28,662 nucleotides of DNA from an uncultured Gemmatimonadota bacterium (GCA_964584035.1 CAZOYL010000023.1:1-28662), one strand, 5' to 3'; shown: positions 18,083-27,148, counted from the stretch's first letter. The notes: a model not told the origin generated them from the letters alone. A program made the numbers and translations.

Positions 18083-18109
18083 GAACTTTCACTTTATGAC
18101 AGCCGTATA
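18083..18109 (+). promoter_or_regulatory. possible ECF-sigma promoter
   Basis: GAAC (18083-18086), 17 nt, CGTATA (18104-18109), about 50 nt upstream of the C_GCAxxG_C_C gene. Confidence 0.4.
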
Positions 18110-18157
18110 TGAGACAGCCGAAAAGAAATACTGATACCTGAGAGGAGGTTGATCCCG

Positions 18158-18622
18158 ATGACCAATAGGGACCCCGTCGAAGTTGCCGTGGCTCTTTTCG
18201 ATCAGGATTATGCCTGTTCCCAGGCGCTGCTGCTGGCCTATGCCTCCCGGCTGGGGATCGATCGATCGACGGCCGCCAGGATCGCCGCGCCCTTTGCGGC
18301 CGGCATGGGGTGCCTGGGCCGGACCTGCGGCGCCGTCACCGGCGCCCTGATGGTCCTCGGCCTGCACGGCGGGCCCGAGTCGCCGAATGATCAGGAAACC
18401 AAGGAGCGGCTGTATGAGATGGTGCGAGCCTTCATCGTTCGCTTCCAGGAGCGTCACGGAACCGTGGTCTGCAATGAGCTGGTGGGGCACGATATCAGCA
18501 CTCCGGATGGTTTGGAGAAGGCCAGAGCGAAGGGAGCTTTCGACGAACGGTGTCCCGGGCTGGTTCGGGATGCGGCCGAGATCGTGGGGAATATTCTAGG
18601 GCCTGATGGACAGACGGTTTGA
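18158..18622 (+). CDS. C_GCAxxG_C_C family putative redox protein
   Basis: F...Y.CSQA, F.AGMG..G.TCGAVTGA, F...HG...C.EL.G and a final C. ATG 18158 follows GGAGG; TTG 18149 is an alternative start. Confidence 0.9.
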   Translation: MTNRDPVEVAVALFDQDYACSQALLLAYASRLGIDRSTAARIAAPFAAGMGCLGRTCGAVTGALMVLGLHGGPESPNDQETKERLYEMVRAFIVRFQERHGTVVCNELVGHDISTPDGLEKARAKGAFDERCPGLVRDAAEIVGNILGPDGQTV

Positions 18623-18705
18623 GCTTCACATCATCGGCCTTCGACAGCACTTTAACTACCTATGAAAATAGAAAGACCCTCGAACGTTTCGCCATGTTCG
18701 GGGAA

Positions 18706-18749
18706 AAATAAAGGCAGCGCCCGTTCCATGGAAGGCGCTGCCTTTATTT
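18706..18749. terminator. bidirectional terminator between convergent genes
   Basis: AAATAAAGGCAGCGCC...GGCGCTGCCTTTATTT, 16-bp arms. Confidence 0.85.
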
Positions 18750-18803
18750 AGGCAAGGAGTTATCTTAAGCAATTGCTGTGATCGCATCGCTGCCAGGTTA
18801 CAG

Positions 18804-21800
18804 CTAATTGATCAGATCGACATCGAACTCCCCCACCTGGTTGGAATCGAACCGTTCGCCGATGCCATCCACCACCTCGACCGTGTAGTAATAATTCGTG
18901 CCCACCGTGCCGGCGGCGCCGACATCGATATACCAGCCATCGGTCGTGCCGGCCAGCGAATCGCCTTTGGTACCGGCTGTCGTACTGCGGTAAACCACGT
19001 AATGATCCACGCCCTCCTGGCCGCAGTAATCGGTCCAGTCCAGGTAGATGTCACCGCTGTTGCTCTTGGCCCCGTTCTCCAGCTCGATGTTCAGCCACAG
19101 GGCGGTGGTCTGATCGTGATCGGCATTGGACCACGGCGCGTAGCAGACCGCACCAAGACCGGCATCGTCAAGCACGTCCCAGATCCTGGCGTCGATCTCC
19201 GGGCTGATCACGGTCCCCCAGTAGACATAGGGAGCATAGTTATTTAAGGTGCCATTTCGCAGATCTCTGCCATCGCTGCCGTCGCCGTTGTCGTAGATGT
19301 CATTCCACTCGCTCAGATTGCTTCCAAAGCTCGCCGGCACAGGACCTTCGAGATAGATGCCGTGATCCGAATTGTTGATGATCTCATTGTTGACAAAACT
19401 CAGTGCACCTCCTTCAGCATAGACACCATAGCCATTGTTCTGAACACTACAATGAGAGACGGAGATGCTGTCGGCCCCGGAATAGGCGCGGATCCCATAG
19501 TTGAAATACTCGATAGTACAATGATCAAACATTCCCCGGCCGCCAGATTGGAATTGCAATCCGTATCCGTCGGAGCCGCCGCTGCGGGTGAACAGGATCC
19601 CGGTGACGGGGGTGCCCACGGCCGTCAAGGTGCCGAAGATGTTAAGAGACTGGCTGGAATTGAACTTCACATTGACGCCATCCTCGATGGCCAACGCCCC
19701 TCCCGCCGATAGGGTCGGAGTGTCGGTAACGATATAATCGGCTCCAACCTCTGCCCAGGTGATACTGTCACTGGTCGACCCATGTAAGACCTGAATGGCG
19801 TTATTGGTATTGCCGCTGGCCGGGATGTTGCCGCTGCTGGCCACGCTGGGACCGGAGCCGATGTTGATGGTCAACGGCCAGCTGTTCTCCAACCCGGGGC
19901 CGCCGATGGTGTTGCCGCTCCCAAAGGTGAACTCCCCGCAGCTCTCCACATAGACGGCGCCAACGGCGGTGTTATGACCGGTGATGGTCTGGTTGGATAT
20001 GCTAGGATCGGTGCATTCTTTAAAATAAACCCCTACGTTGACGTTATCCTGTATCGTGTTCGCCGTGTCCAGGGCCGGCGAAACGGCAAATATAGAATAG
20101 ATGCCATATTTGTTGTTCCTGATGGTGCAGTGCTCGATGGCGGGGAAGGCACTTTGGCCATAGATGGCATAGCCATAGTAACTGGTGGCATATTCTATGG
20201 TACAGTATCGCAAGGTGCCACCGGAACCACCGTAAAACCAGAGTCCGTTCCAGTGACCATCGGGGTCTAACCTGGTGAACAGAATGCTCCCCGTTCCGAT
20301 GGCATTCAGGGTGCCATAGACAGTCAGGTACTTCTCATTCTCAAACATCACCGTGACGCTGTCACTGACGTTTAACGTTCCCCCCGCCGAGATGGTCGGA
20401 GTATTGGTGACGACGTAATCGAGGCCCACATCCGGCCAGGTGACGCTGGCGACGGTGGAACCGCCGGTCACCTGAATGTCATCGTTGGTGTTGCCGCTGG
20501 TGGGGATATTGCCGTCGCTGGCCGCGCTGGGACCGGAGCCGATGTTGATGCTCAAGGGCCAGCTGTTCTCCTGTCCGGAACCACCGATGGTATTGCCGCT
20601 TCCAATGGTGAACGCCCCGCAGTGCTCCGTGTAAATGGCGCCATAATCGGGCGCGGTTCCGCCATTGCCCTGCAGGATCAGGTTGTCCAGGGTGGCATTG
20701 CCGGTGCAATTAGATAGATGAATCCCGGCGTTAGTGTTGTTGCGAACAGTTCCCCCCGTGCTCAGATCTACCCCGGAGACATTCCTCAGGTAGATCCCGA
20801 TGGGATTGTTCTCGAACACATTGTTGCCATCCAGCAAAGCGAGATCGATATCCTCCCCATAGAACCCGTAGGTGGTATTATTGGCCAGCGTATCGCTGCT
20901 CAACTCTACCGTGCCCCCTAGCGCATACATGCCATAGCTGTTGTTCTGAATGGTGCAGTTGGAAACAGAGACGGTGTCTGCGCCGGAATATGTGCGAATC
21001 CCATAGTTGAAATATTCGATGGTACAATGATCGAACGTTCCCCGGCCACCGGATAGGATTTGTAATCCGTATCCGTTGGAGGCGTCGCTTCGAGTGAACA
21101 CGATCCCGGTGCCGGGGGTGCCCACGGCTTTCAATGTGCCGGAGATATTAACAGACCTGGCGGAATTGAACTTCACATTGACGCCATCCTCGATGGCCAA
21201 CATCCCCCCCGCTGCCACGGTCGGATTGCTGGTGATGATGTAATCCAAGCCGGTGAATTTCCGCCAGGTGAGGCTATCGGCGCTGGAACCCCCGTAGACC
21301 TGGATGTCGTTATAGGTATTGCCGCTGGTGGGGATGTTGCCGCTGCTGGCCGCGCTGGGATAGGAACCGATATTCATGGTCAATGGCCAACTATTCTCCT
21401 GCCCGACCCCGCCGATGGTGTTGCCGGCCCTGATGGTGAACTCCCCGCAGCTCTCCATGTAGATGGCGCCAAGGGTGGTGTTGTGGCCGGTGATGGTCTG
21501 GTTGGATACGCTGGGGTTGCTGCATTGTTTAAAATAAACCCCTATATTGCTGTTATCCTGTATCGTGTTGGTCGTGTCCAGAGCCGGCGAAGCGGAAAAT
21601 ATGGAATAGATGCCATATTTGTTGTTCCTGATGGTGCAGTGCTCGATGGCCGGGAAGGTGCTTTGGGCATAAATGGCATAGCCATAGTTACTGGCGGCAA
21701 ACTCTATAGTACAGTGCCGCAGCGTGCCGTTGGAGCCGCCGTAGAACCAGAGTCCATTCCACGCACCGCCCCCCTGATACCTGGTGAACAGAATGCCGGC

Positions 21801-22895
21801 ACTACCCGGTGCATTCAGGGTGCCATCAACACGCAGGTATATCCCATTATCAAACCTTACCGTGACACCATCGGCGATGTCCAATGTCCCCCCAGGCGAG
21901 ATGATCGGATTGGCGGTGACGACGTAATCGATGCCCAACGATCTCCAGGTGACACTGGCAGTGGTATTTTCACCTGTAACCTGAATCCCATCGTTAGTGT
22001 TGCCGCTGGCGGGGATATTGCCGCTGCTGGCCAGGCTGGGGTAGGAGCCGATGTTGATGCTCAACGGCCAGCTGTTCTCCTGTCCGACACCACCAATGGT
22101 GTTGCCGCTGCCGATGGTGAACTCCCCGCAGTACTGCATGTAAATGGCGCCATAATCAGGCGAGGTCCCGCCATTGCCCTGCAGGGTCAGATTGTCCAGG
22201 GTGGCATTGCCGGTGCAATTATAGAGATGGATCCCCGCTTTGGTGTTATTGCGAACCGTCCCCCCTGTGCTCAGATTCACTCCCGAGACATCCCTGATGT
22301 AGATTCCCGTGGGATTGTTCTCAAAGACATTGTTTCCATCCAACAAGGTGGGGGCGACATCATCCCCATAGAACCCGTAGGTGGTGTTATTCTCCAGCGT
22401 GTCGCTGCTCAACTCTACTGTGCCACCATTAGCCCTTATACCGTTGCTGGCATTCTGGATGGTGCAGTGGGAGAGGGAGACGGTGTCTGCGCCGGAATAG
22501 GTGTAAATCGCATAGGTGAAATATTCGATGGTACAGTGATCGAACGTTCCACCGCCGCCGGATAGGAATTGTAATCCGTATCCGTTGGAGGCGTCGCTTC
22601 GGGTGAACACGATCCCGGTGCCGGATGTGCCCGCGGCCGTCAAGGTGCCTGAGATTTTAAGACTCCTGCCGCCATTGAATTGTACCCCGACGCCATCCTC
22701 CAGGGTCAGGGTCACTCCGGCTGGAACCGTGACGTCGCCGACGATCACATGGGGATTGTCGGCCGCATACCAGGTCGTGTCGCTGGCGATAATGCCCGAA
22801 TGGTCAGCCGCCCACGATGTTCCTGTCAGGCCACAGAGGATGAGCGCGCCCATGGCGAGCGCGATCAGGTTCTGGCTAATCCGTCTCTCTTTCAT
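18804..22895 (-). CDS. large secreted right-handed parallel beta-helix repeat protein with C-terminal FN3-like domain
   Basis: Signal peptide MKERRISQNLIALAMGALILCGLTGTSWA after a GGAGGGA RBS (start moved from 22979 to 22895). DTTW...NPH.I.GDVTV..G.TLT...GV.V.F cap and many TI.NN..YGIY coils. Confidence 0.88.
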   Translation of the reverse strand: MKERRISQNLIALAMGALILCGLTGTSWAADHSGIIASDTTWYAADNPHVIVGDVTVPAGVTLTLEDGVGVQFNGGRSLKISGTLTAAGTSGTGIVFTRSDASNGYGLQFLSGGGGTFDHCTIEYFTYAIYTYSGADTVSLSHCTIQNASNGIRANGGTVELSSDTLENNTTYGFYGDDVAPTLLDGNNVFENNPTGIYIRDVSGVNLSTGGTVRNNTKAGIHLYNCTGNATLDNLTLQGNGGTSPDYGAIYMQYCGEFTIGSGNTIGGVGQENSWPLSINIGSYPSLASSGNIPASGNTNDGIQVTGENTTASVTWRSLGIDYVVTANPIISPGGTLDIADGVTVRFDNGIYLRVDGTLNAPGSAGILFTRYQGGGAWNGLWFYGGSNGTLRHCTIEFAASNYGYAIYAQSTFPAIEHCTIRNNKYGIYSIFSASPALDTTNTIQDNSNIGVYFKQCSNPSVSNQTITGHNTTLGAIYMESCGEFTIRAGNTIGGVGQENSWPLTMNIGSYPSAASSGNIPTSGNTYNDIQVYGGSSADSLTWRKFTGLDYIITSNPTVAAGGMLAIEDGVNVKFNSARSVNISGTLKAVGTPGTGIVFTRSDASNGYGLQILSGGRGTFDHCTIEYFNYGIRTYSGADTVSVSNCTIQNNSYGMYALGGTVELSSDTLANNTTYGFYGEDIDLALLDGNNVFENNPIGIYLRNVSGVDLSTGGTVRNNTNAGIHLSNCTGNATLDNLILQGNGGTAPDYGAIYTEHCGAFTIGSGNTIGGSGQENSWPLSINIGSGPSAASDGNIPTSGNTNDDIQVTGGSTVASVTWPDVGLDYVVTNTPTISAGGTLNVSDSVTVMFENEKYLTVYGTLNAIGTGSILFTRLDPDGHWNGLWFYGGSGGTLRYCTIEYATSYYGYAIYGQSAFPAIEHCTIRNNKYGIYSIFAVSPALDTANTIQDNVNVGVYFKECTDPSISNQTITGHNTAVGAVYVESCGEFTFGSGNTIGGPGLENSWPLTINIGSGPSVASSGNIPASGNTNNAIQVLHGSTSDSITWAEVGADYIVTDTPTLSAGGALAIEDGVNVKFNSSQSLNIFGTLTAVGTPVTGILFTRSGGSDGYGLQFQSGGRGMFDHCTIEYFNYGIRAYSGADSISVSHCSVQNNGYGVYAEGGALSFVNNEIINNSDHGIYLEGPVPASFGSNLSEWNDIYDNGDGSDGRDLRNGTLNNYAPYVYWGTVISPEIDARIWDVLDDAGLGAVCYAPWSNADHDQTTALWLNIELENGAKSNSGDIYLDWTDYCGQEGVDHYVVYRSTTAGTKGDSLAGTTDGWYIDVGAAGTVGTNYYYTVEVVDGIGERFDSNQVGEFDVDLIN
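19440..22790 (-). repeat. intragenic tandem duplication, period about 1.5 kb (A-B-A-B-partial A)
   Basis: The same DNA block (CCGTATCCGT..) recurs at about 22576, 21067 and 19561 (offsets 1509 and 1506 bp). The ENSWPL..NIGS.PS motif occurs four times. Boundaries are approximate. Confidence 0.9.
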
Positions 22896-23004
22896 GACCG
22901 GTCCCTCCTGCTTTTTCTTAGCCCTTTCGCATTTCCTGTTCCGACATATGAACATGCGAAAGGGCAAAGGTCCGCTCAACCTTTAGATCAAAAACTCCAA
23001 TTTC

Positions 23005-23033
23005 ATTCTATCATAGAATAATAATTTTGTCAA
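23005..23033 (-). promoter_or_regulatory. sigma70 promoter for the beta-helix gene, overlapped by a 7-1-7 palindrome
   Basis: Minus strand TTGACA (23033-23028), 17 nt, TAGAAT (23010-23005). ATTCTAT-C-ATAGAAT at 23005-23019. Confidence 0.75.
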
Positions 23034-23144
23034 GACTTTTTTAATAAAATTATTAGGTTAAGTATCATCGTTTAAGAAAATTATTTTCTCGCTCATAAAG
23101 GGCCCCGCTTCTCCTCTTTGTCTTCTTTGCTCACATCAACGATT

Positions 23145-23174
23145 AAAAAAATCGCCGACTTCTGCTGCCGGCGG
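23145..23174 (-). terminator. probable terminator after the exporter operon
   Basis: Minus strand CGCCGGC-agcagaa-GTCGGCG stem followed by ATTTTTTT. Confidence 0.55.
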
Positions 23175-23222
23175 CTCTTTCTACTTTATTGCTTTTTGAG
23201 TTCTATACTTTAGTATTTCACT

Positions 23223-24473
23223 TCACTCATAATGCAGCGCATCGATGGGATTCATCTTGGCCGCCTGCCAGGCGGGCCAGAACCCGAAGCCCAGGCCCAC
23301 GGCCGTGCAGAACATCAAACCCACAACGGTCCACTCCATGGGTACGTGGGCGGCGAAAGGGGTCACCAGGCTGGTGATGTTGCCCAGGCCGAAGCCGACG
23401 GCCACGCCGACGATACCCCCGATGTTGCACAGAATGATGGCCTCCATGAGGAATTGCAGCAGAATGGACCGAGGCTTGGCCCCCAGGGCCTTGCGGATGC
23501 CGATCTCCCGGGTGCGCTCGGTGACCGAGACCAGCATGATGTTCATGATGCCGATGCCGGCCACGATCAGGGCCACGATGCCGATGACGAACGATCCCGT
23601 CTTGACTCCGGCCGTGGCCTGATTGAAGGTCCTGATCTGGCTGTCGTTGGTGAAAATGGTGAAATCGTCCTCCTGGTTGGGCTTCAACCCCCTCTCCCGT
23701 CGCATGATCATTCTGGTCTCATCGATGGCCTGCTGCAACAGCTCCGGGGATCGGGCTCGTACGGTGATATTTACCGAGCGTTCACTGCCATCGTCATTAT
23801 AGATGCTATAGATTTTTTGAAAACTGGTATGGGGAATGATCATGTACTGATTGAATCGGGCACCGACGGCCGAGCTCTTGTCCTCCAGGACGCCGATCAC
23901 CCTGAATTTTCTGCCATCCAGCCGGATCGTCTTCCCGATCGGATCGGTCCAGGGAAAGAGCTGCCGGGCCACATCATATCCCAGCAAAACGACATTGCGG
24001 CCGATCTTGATATCCTCCTGGGAGAGATTGCGGCCCAGCTCGACATAGTGTGTGTTGTTGGTCGTATACTCTGGAGAGCCTCCACAGAGCACCAGATCCG
24101 GGTTTGTCGACAGGTCGCGATATTTGGCCACATGATTGTAGTCCCACAGCTCGGGACCCACCAGATCCACGCTGTTGACATGTTCCCGTATGGCAAAGGC
24201 GTGTTCGATGGTGGTCGGCCGGCGGCGCCGAATCTTCAGCCTCTCCTCTTCGCTGAGCCCGTCACCGTTGGCCGCCCATTTTTGCACCTGAAAGGTCTGC
24301 GTGCCCAGAACGCTGATCTCCTTTTCGATGGCCGTCTGAACGACCGAGATGGCCGTCATCACGGCGATGATCGAGGCCACTCCGGCGATAATGCCGACCA
24401 TGGTCAGGAAGGATCTCAGTTTATGGGCTCTCACGGCCGATACGGCCATTTTCAGCGCTTCCAGAAAGAACAC
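23223..24473 (-). CDS. ABC transporter permease, MacB/FtsX family
   Basis: AHKLRSFLTMVGI..GV, periplasmic domain, V.GIGIMNIMLVSVTERTREIGIRKALGA, PA..AA.MNPIDALHYE. GTG start. Confidence 0.95.
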   Translation of the reverse strand: MFFLEALKMAVSAVRAHKLRSFLTMVGIIAGVASIIAVMTAISVVQTAIEKEISVLGTQTFQVQKWAANGDGLSEEERLKIRRRRPTTIEHAFAIREHVNSVDLVGPELWDYNHVAKYRDLSTNPDLVLCGGSPEYTTNNTHYVELGRNLSQEDIKIGRNVVLLGYDVARQLFPWTDPIGKTIRLDGRKFRVIGVLEDKSSAVGARFNQYMIIPHTSFQKIYSIYNDDGSERSVNITVRARSPELLQQAIDETRMIMRRERGLKPNQEDDFTIFTNDSQIRTFNQATAGVKTGSFVIGIVALIVAGIGIMNIMLVSVTERTREIGIRKALGAKPRSILLQFLMEAIILCNIGGIVGVAVGFGLGNITSLVTPFAAHVPMEWTVVGLMFCTAVGLGFGFWPAWQAAKMNPIDALHYE

Positions 24474-24532
24474 AGCCGGCCTCGTTATGATATCGCCTAT
24501 GGCAGAGACTCATCTGTTACGTATCGTTCAAC

Positions 24533-24567
24533 GATCTTTAATCCAGAATCTAAGATCCAGGATCTGC
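24533..24567 (+). repeat. degenerate heptamer repeat between the two permease genes
   Basis: gatcttt aatccag aatctaa gatccag gatctgc. Confidence 0.6.
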
Positions 24568-24622
24568 CTGTTACCGATTTTATCCTGGAAACATACGCTG
24601 GCCCTATCCAGGCGTAACATAT

Positions 24623-25861
24623 CTATTCATACATCAAAGCCTTTATCGGATCCAGCCGGGAAGCCCGTATGGCCGGGGCAATGCCCGAGACGATGCCTAC
24701 CGCGCAGGATATCAGAATCGCGATGATCACCACCGGCAGGGAAACGGCAGCCGGCATGACCAGGTTATTGATCAGCATGGCAATCACAAAGGACAGCAAC
24801 AGCCCGATGAGCCCTCCGACCAGACAGATACAACACGATTCCAGCAGAAACGCCGTCAGGATCATCTTTCGCCTTGCGCCGACGGCCTTTCGAATACCGA
24901 TCTCCCGGGTTCTTTCCGTGACCGAGACCAGCATGATGTTCATAACGCCGACGCCGCCGACAAAGAGGGAAAAACCGGTGACGATCAATCCGATCAGAAC
25001 CACAACCCCCATGACGTTATTGTAGGCATTGAGCAGGCTGTCCATGGTATTGATCGAAAAATTATCCTCATCGGTGGGACTTAATTTACGAATCTTTCTC
25101 ATCTCACCGATCAGCTCATAGCGGAACGCCTCCATGGATTCCTGGCTGGGTGCCTTGACGGCGATGGTGAACTCCCTATTTCTACTCCCATAGACCTTCA
25201 TGAAACTGGTGATGGGAATAAAGATCTGCCGGTCGAGATTCGGGCCGCCGAAGAACCCGCCGCCTCCCTGTTTCTCCATGATGCCGACAACACGGAACGT
25301 GTACCGGCCGATCTTGATGTCTTTCTGCAACGGATCCAGGCCGCCGAAAAGCTGCTCCTGTATTTCCTTTCCGATCACGCAGACCAGCTTCCTGTTATGC
25401 ACGTCTACGCCATTGAGAAACCGTCCCATTTCCGGAACGGCATTGCCCAGCATGATCTGTTTCTCCGTGGTGCCGATCGTGATAACACCTTCCAGAATGT
25501 TCGACCGGAACTTGACGTTCCTTCTCGTTCCCGTCGAAGGATTCACGGCCTTGGTGTTTTTCAATTTCCGGGACAATAGTTCACTCTGCTCATAGCTGAT
25601 CTCGGGGCGGTTGCGATACCGGAAAAAGTTGCCGGTGATGATCCAGGGCATCCTGGATACGTAGAGCACGTCGGAACCGATGGCGGAGATGCTTTCCTTG
25701 AAGTTATTGGCCAGCCCGTTAGATGCCGTCATGGTCGTGGCAACGGCCGATATGCCGATAACGATCCCCAGCGTAGTCAGAACAGCTCTTCTGACATTCG
25801 CCCTGAGCGCGCTGACCGCAATGGCCAGAGACTCAATCAGGCTGTAGAAAAATACTCTCAT
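24623..25861 (-). CDS. ABC transporter permease, MacB/FtsX family
   Basis: R..LTTLGIVIGI, VGGVGVMNIMLVSVTERTREIGIRKAVGA, PA.RASRLDPIKALMYE. Confidence 0.95.
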   Translation of the reverse strand: MRVFFYSLIESLAIAVSALRANVRRAVLTTLGIVIGISAVATTMTASNGLANNFKESISAIGSDVLYVSRMPWIITGNFFRYRNRPEISYEQSELLSRKLKNTKAVNPSTGTRRNVKFRSNILEGVITIGTTEKQIMLGNAVPEMGRFLNGVDVHNRKLVCVIGKEIQEQLFGGLDPLQKDIKIGRYTFRVVGIMEKQGGGGFFGGPNLDRQIFIPITSFMKVYGSRNREFTIAVKAPSQESMEAFRYELIGEMRKIRKLSPTDEDNFSINTMDSLLNAYNNVMGVVVLIGLIVTGFSLFVGGVGVMNIMLVSVTERTREIGIRKAVGARRKMILTAFLLESCCICLVGGLIGLLLSFVIAMLINNLVMPAAVSLPVVIIAILISCAVGIVSGIAPAIRASRLDPIKALMYE

Positions 25862-25873
25862 GCTGAAAACCCG

Positions 25874-27148
25874 CTATGGTCTCTCTTGATCGGCGTTTTG
25901 TACCGTGACCGGTACCGAATCGGTGAGCGTTTGACTGATGGCCCGATAATTGCCGGTGATGATCTGATCACCCTCCGAAATGCCGGAAACGATCTCGATA
26001 TGGGTTTCGCTCTGGATGCCTGTTTCCACCTGAACGGCTCTGGCGAAGTCATCCCGGAGCACGAACACGATCGGCACGAATCCGTCTCTGTCAGGAGTAT
26101 ATCGCGGCTGTGACAGGCTGTCCGCTTCCGCCGCTTTATCGCCGGCAACCGGCCCTGCTTTCAATTGATCGGGTGTTCTGACCGTAACACACTGTATCGG
26201 CACGCACAGGGTGCTGTCGCGCGTCTCGACGATGATATCAGCGCTGGCCGTCATACCGGGGCGCAGTTGGCTGATGGCATCGGTGATGGTCAGCTTGATC
26301 TGGAATTCGGTTTTTTGCTGGGTGGTTCCCAGGCCGCTGATGTTCGCGCTGCTGGCAATTTCCCTGACCACGCCGTGAAAGGTCGTGTCGGGGAAAGCAT
26401 CGATATCAACCGTCGCGCTGTCCTGAAGATTGATCTTGACAACATCGTTCTCATCGACATCGATTAAAGCTTCCATGACCGACAGATCGGACACGATCAT
26501 GATGACATCCTCCTGGAACTGGGAGCCCAGAGCGATCTCCCCGATCTCCTTGTAGAGTGCGCTGATCGTGCCGGCCATGGGCGCGTATATGGTCGTTTTC
26601 GACAGGTTGTCCCGGGCCTGTTTGACCGAGGCCTGTGCCTGATCAACCATCTCGAGGGCCGATTGATGGCGGGCTTTTTCGATCTGCACAGCGGCATACA
26701 CCTGATCGTACATGGCCTGTGATTCCAGTTTTTGCTCAAAGAGCTGCGCCGTTCGTTGAAAATCCTTCTCGGTCTTTATAAAAGTCTCTTTCGCCAGATT
26801 GGCATTGGCCTGGGCCGATCGCAAAGCGGCCTGGGCCTGTTCCAGGGCCGCGGCGTATCGTTCACTGTCCAGGCGGAGGAGCAGGTCGCCTCTTTCGACC
26901 CAATCGCCCTCTTTGACGGGCAGATGGGTGATTTTTGCCGCCACATCGGCGCTGATCTTGACCTGCGTTCTGGGCTCGATCTTGCCGGTGGCCGTCACCG
27001 TCTCAACGATATTCTGCTTGCCGGCGGTATCGGTCTGTACGGTGAGCTCGTGCTGACCGTTTTTCCTGACCACATTCAGCACCACAATGGCGATGACGAT
27101 GACCACCACCGCAATTCCGATGGTCTTCTTCTTTTTTGATAACGCCAT
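25874..27148 (-). CDS. efflux periplasmic adaptor / membrane fusion protein (MacA/HlyD family)
   Basis: N-terminal TM, ATGKIEP...V.IS, VKEGD.V..GDLL..LD, coiled coil, TTIYAPMAGTI, LRPGMTA, V.TGI...EIVSGISEGD. Confidence 0.93.
   Translation of the reverse strand: MALSKKKKTIGIAVVVIVIAIVVLNVVRKNGQHELTVQTDTAGKQNIVETVTATGKIEPRTQVKISADVAAKITHLPVKEGDWVERGDLLLRLDSERYAAALEQAQAALRSAQANANLAKETFIKTEKDFQRTAQLFEQKLESQAMYDQVYAAVQIEKARHQSALEMVDQAQASVKQARDNLSKTTIYAPMAGTISALYKEIGEIALGSQFQEDVIMIVSDLSVMEALIDVDENDVVKINLQDSATVDIDAFPDTTFHGVVREIASSANISGLGTTQQKTEFQIKLTITDAISQLRPGMTASADIIVETRDSTLCVPIQCVTVRTPDQLKAGPVAGDKAAEADSLSQPRYTPDRDGFVPIVFVLRDDFARAVQVETGIQSETHIEIVSGISEGDQIITGNYRAISQTLTDSVPVTVQNADQERP

Noticed and set aside
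19440..22790. Near-identical repeats as a DGR template/variable pair
   Set aside because: Differences are not confined to adenines, all copies are in frame in one gene, and there is no reverse transcriptase in the window.
22921..22990. c-di-GMP-I riboswitch suggested by GCGAAAGGGCAAA
   Set aside because: That string is on the non-coding strand and the rest of the GEMM consensus is missing.
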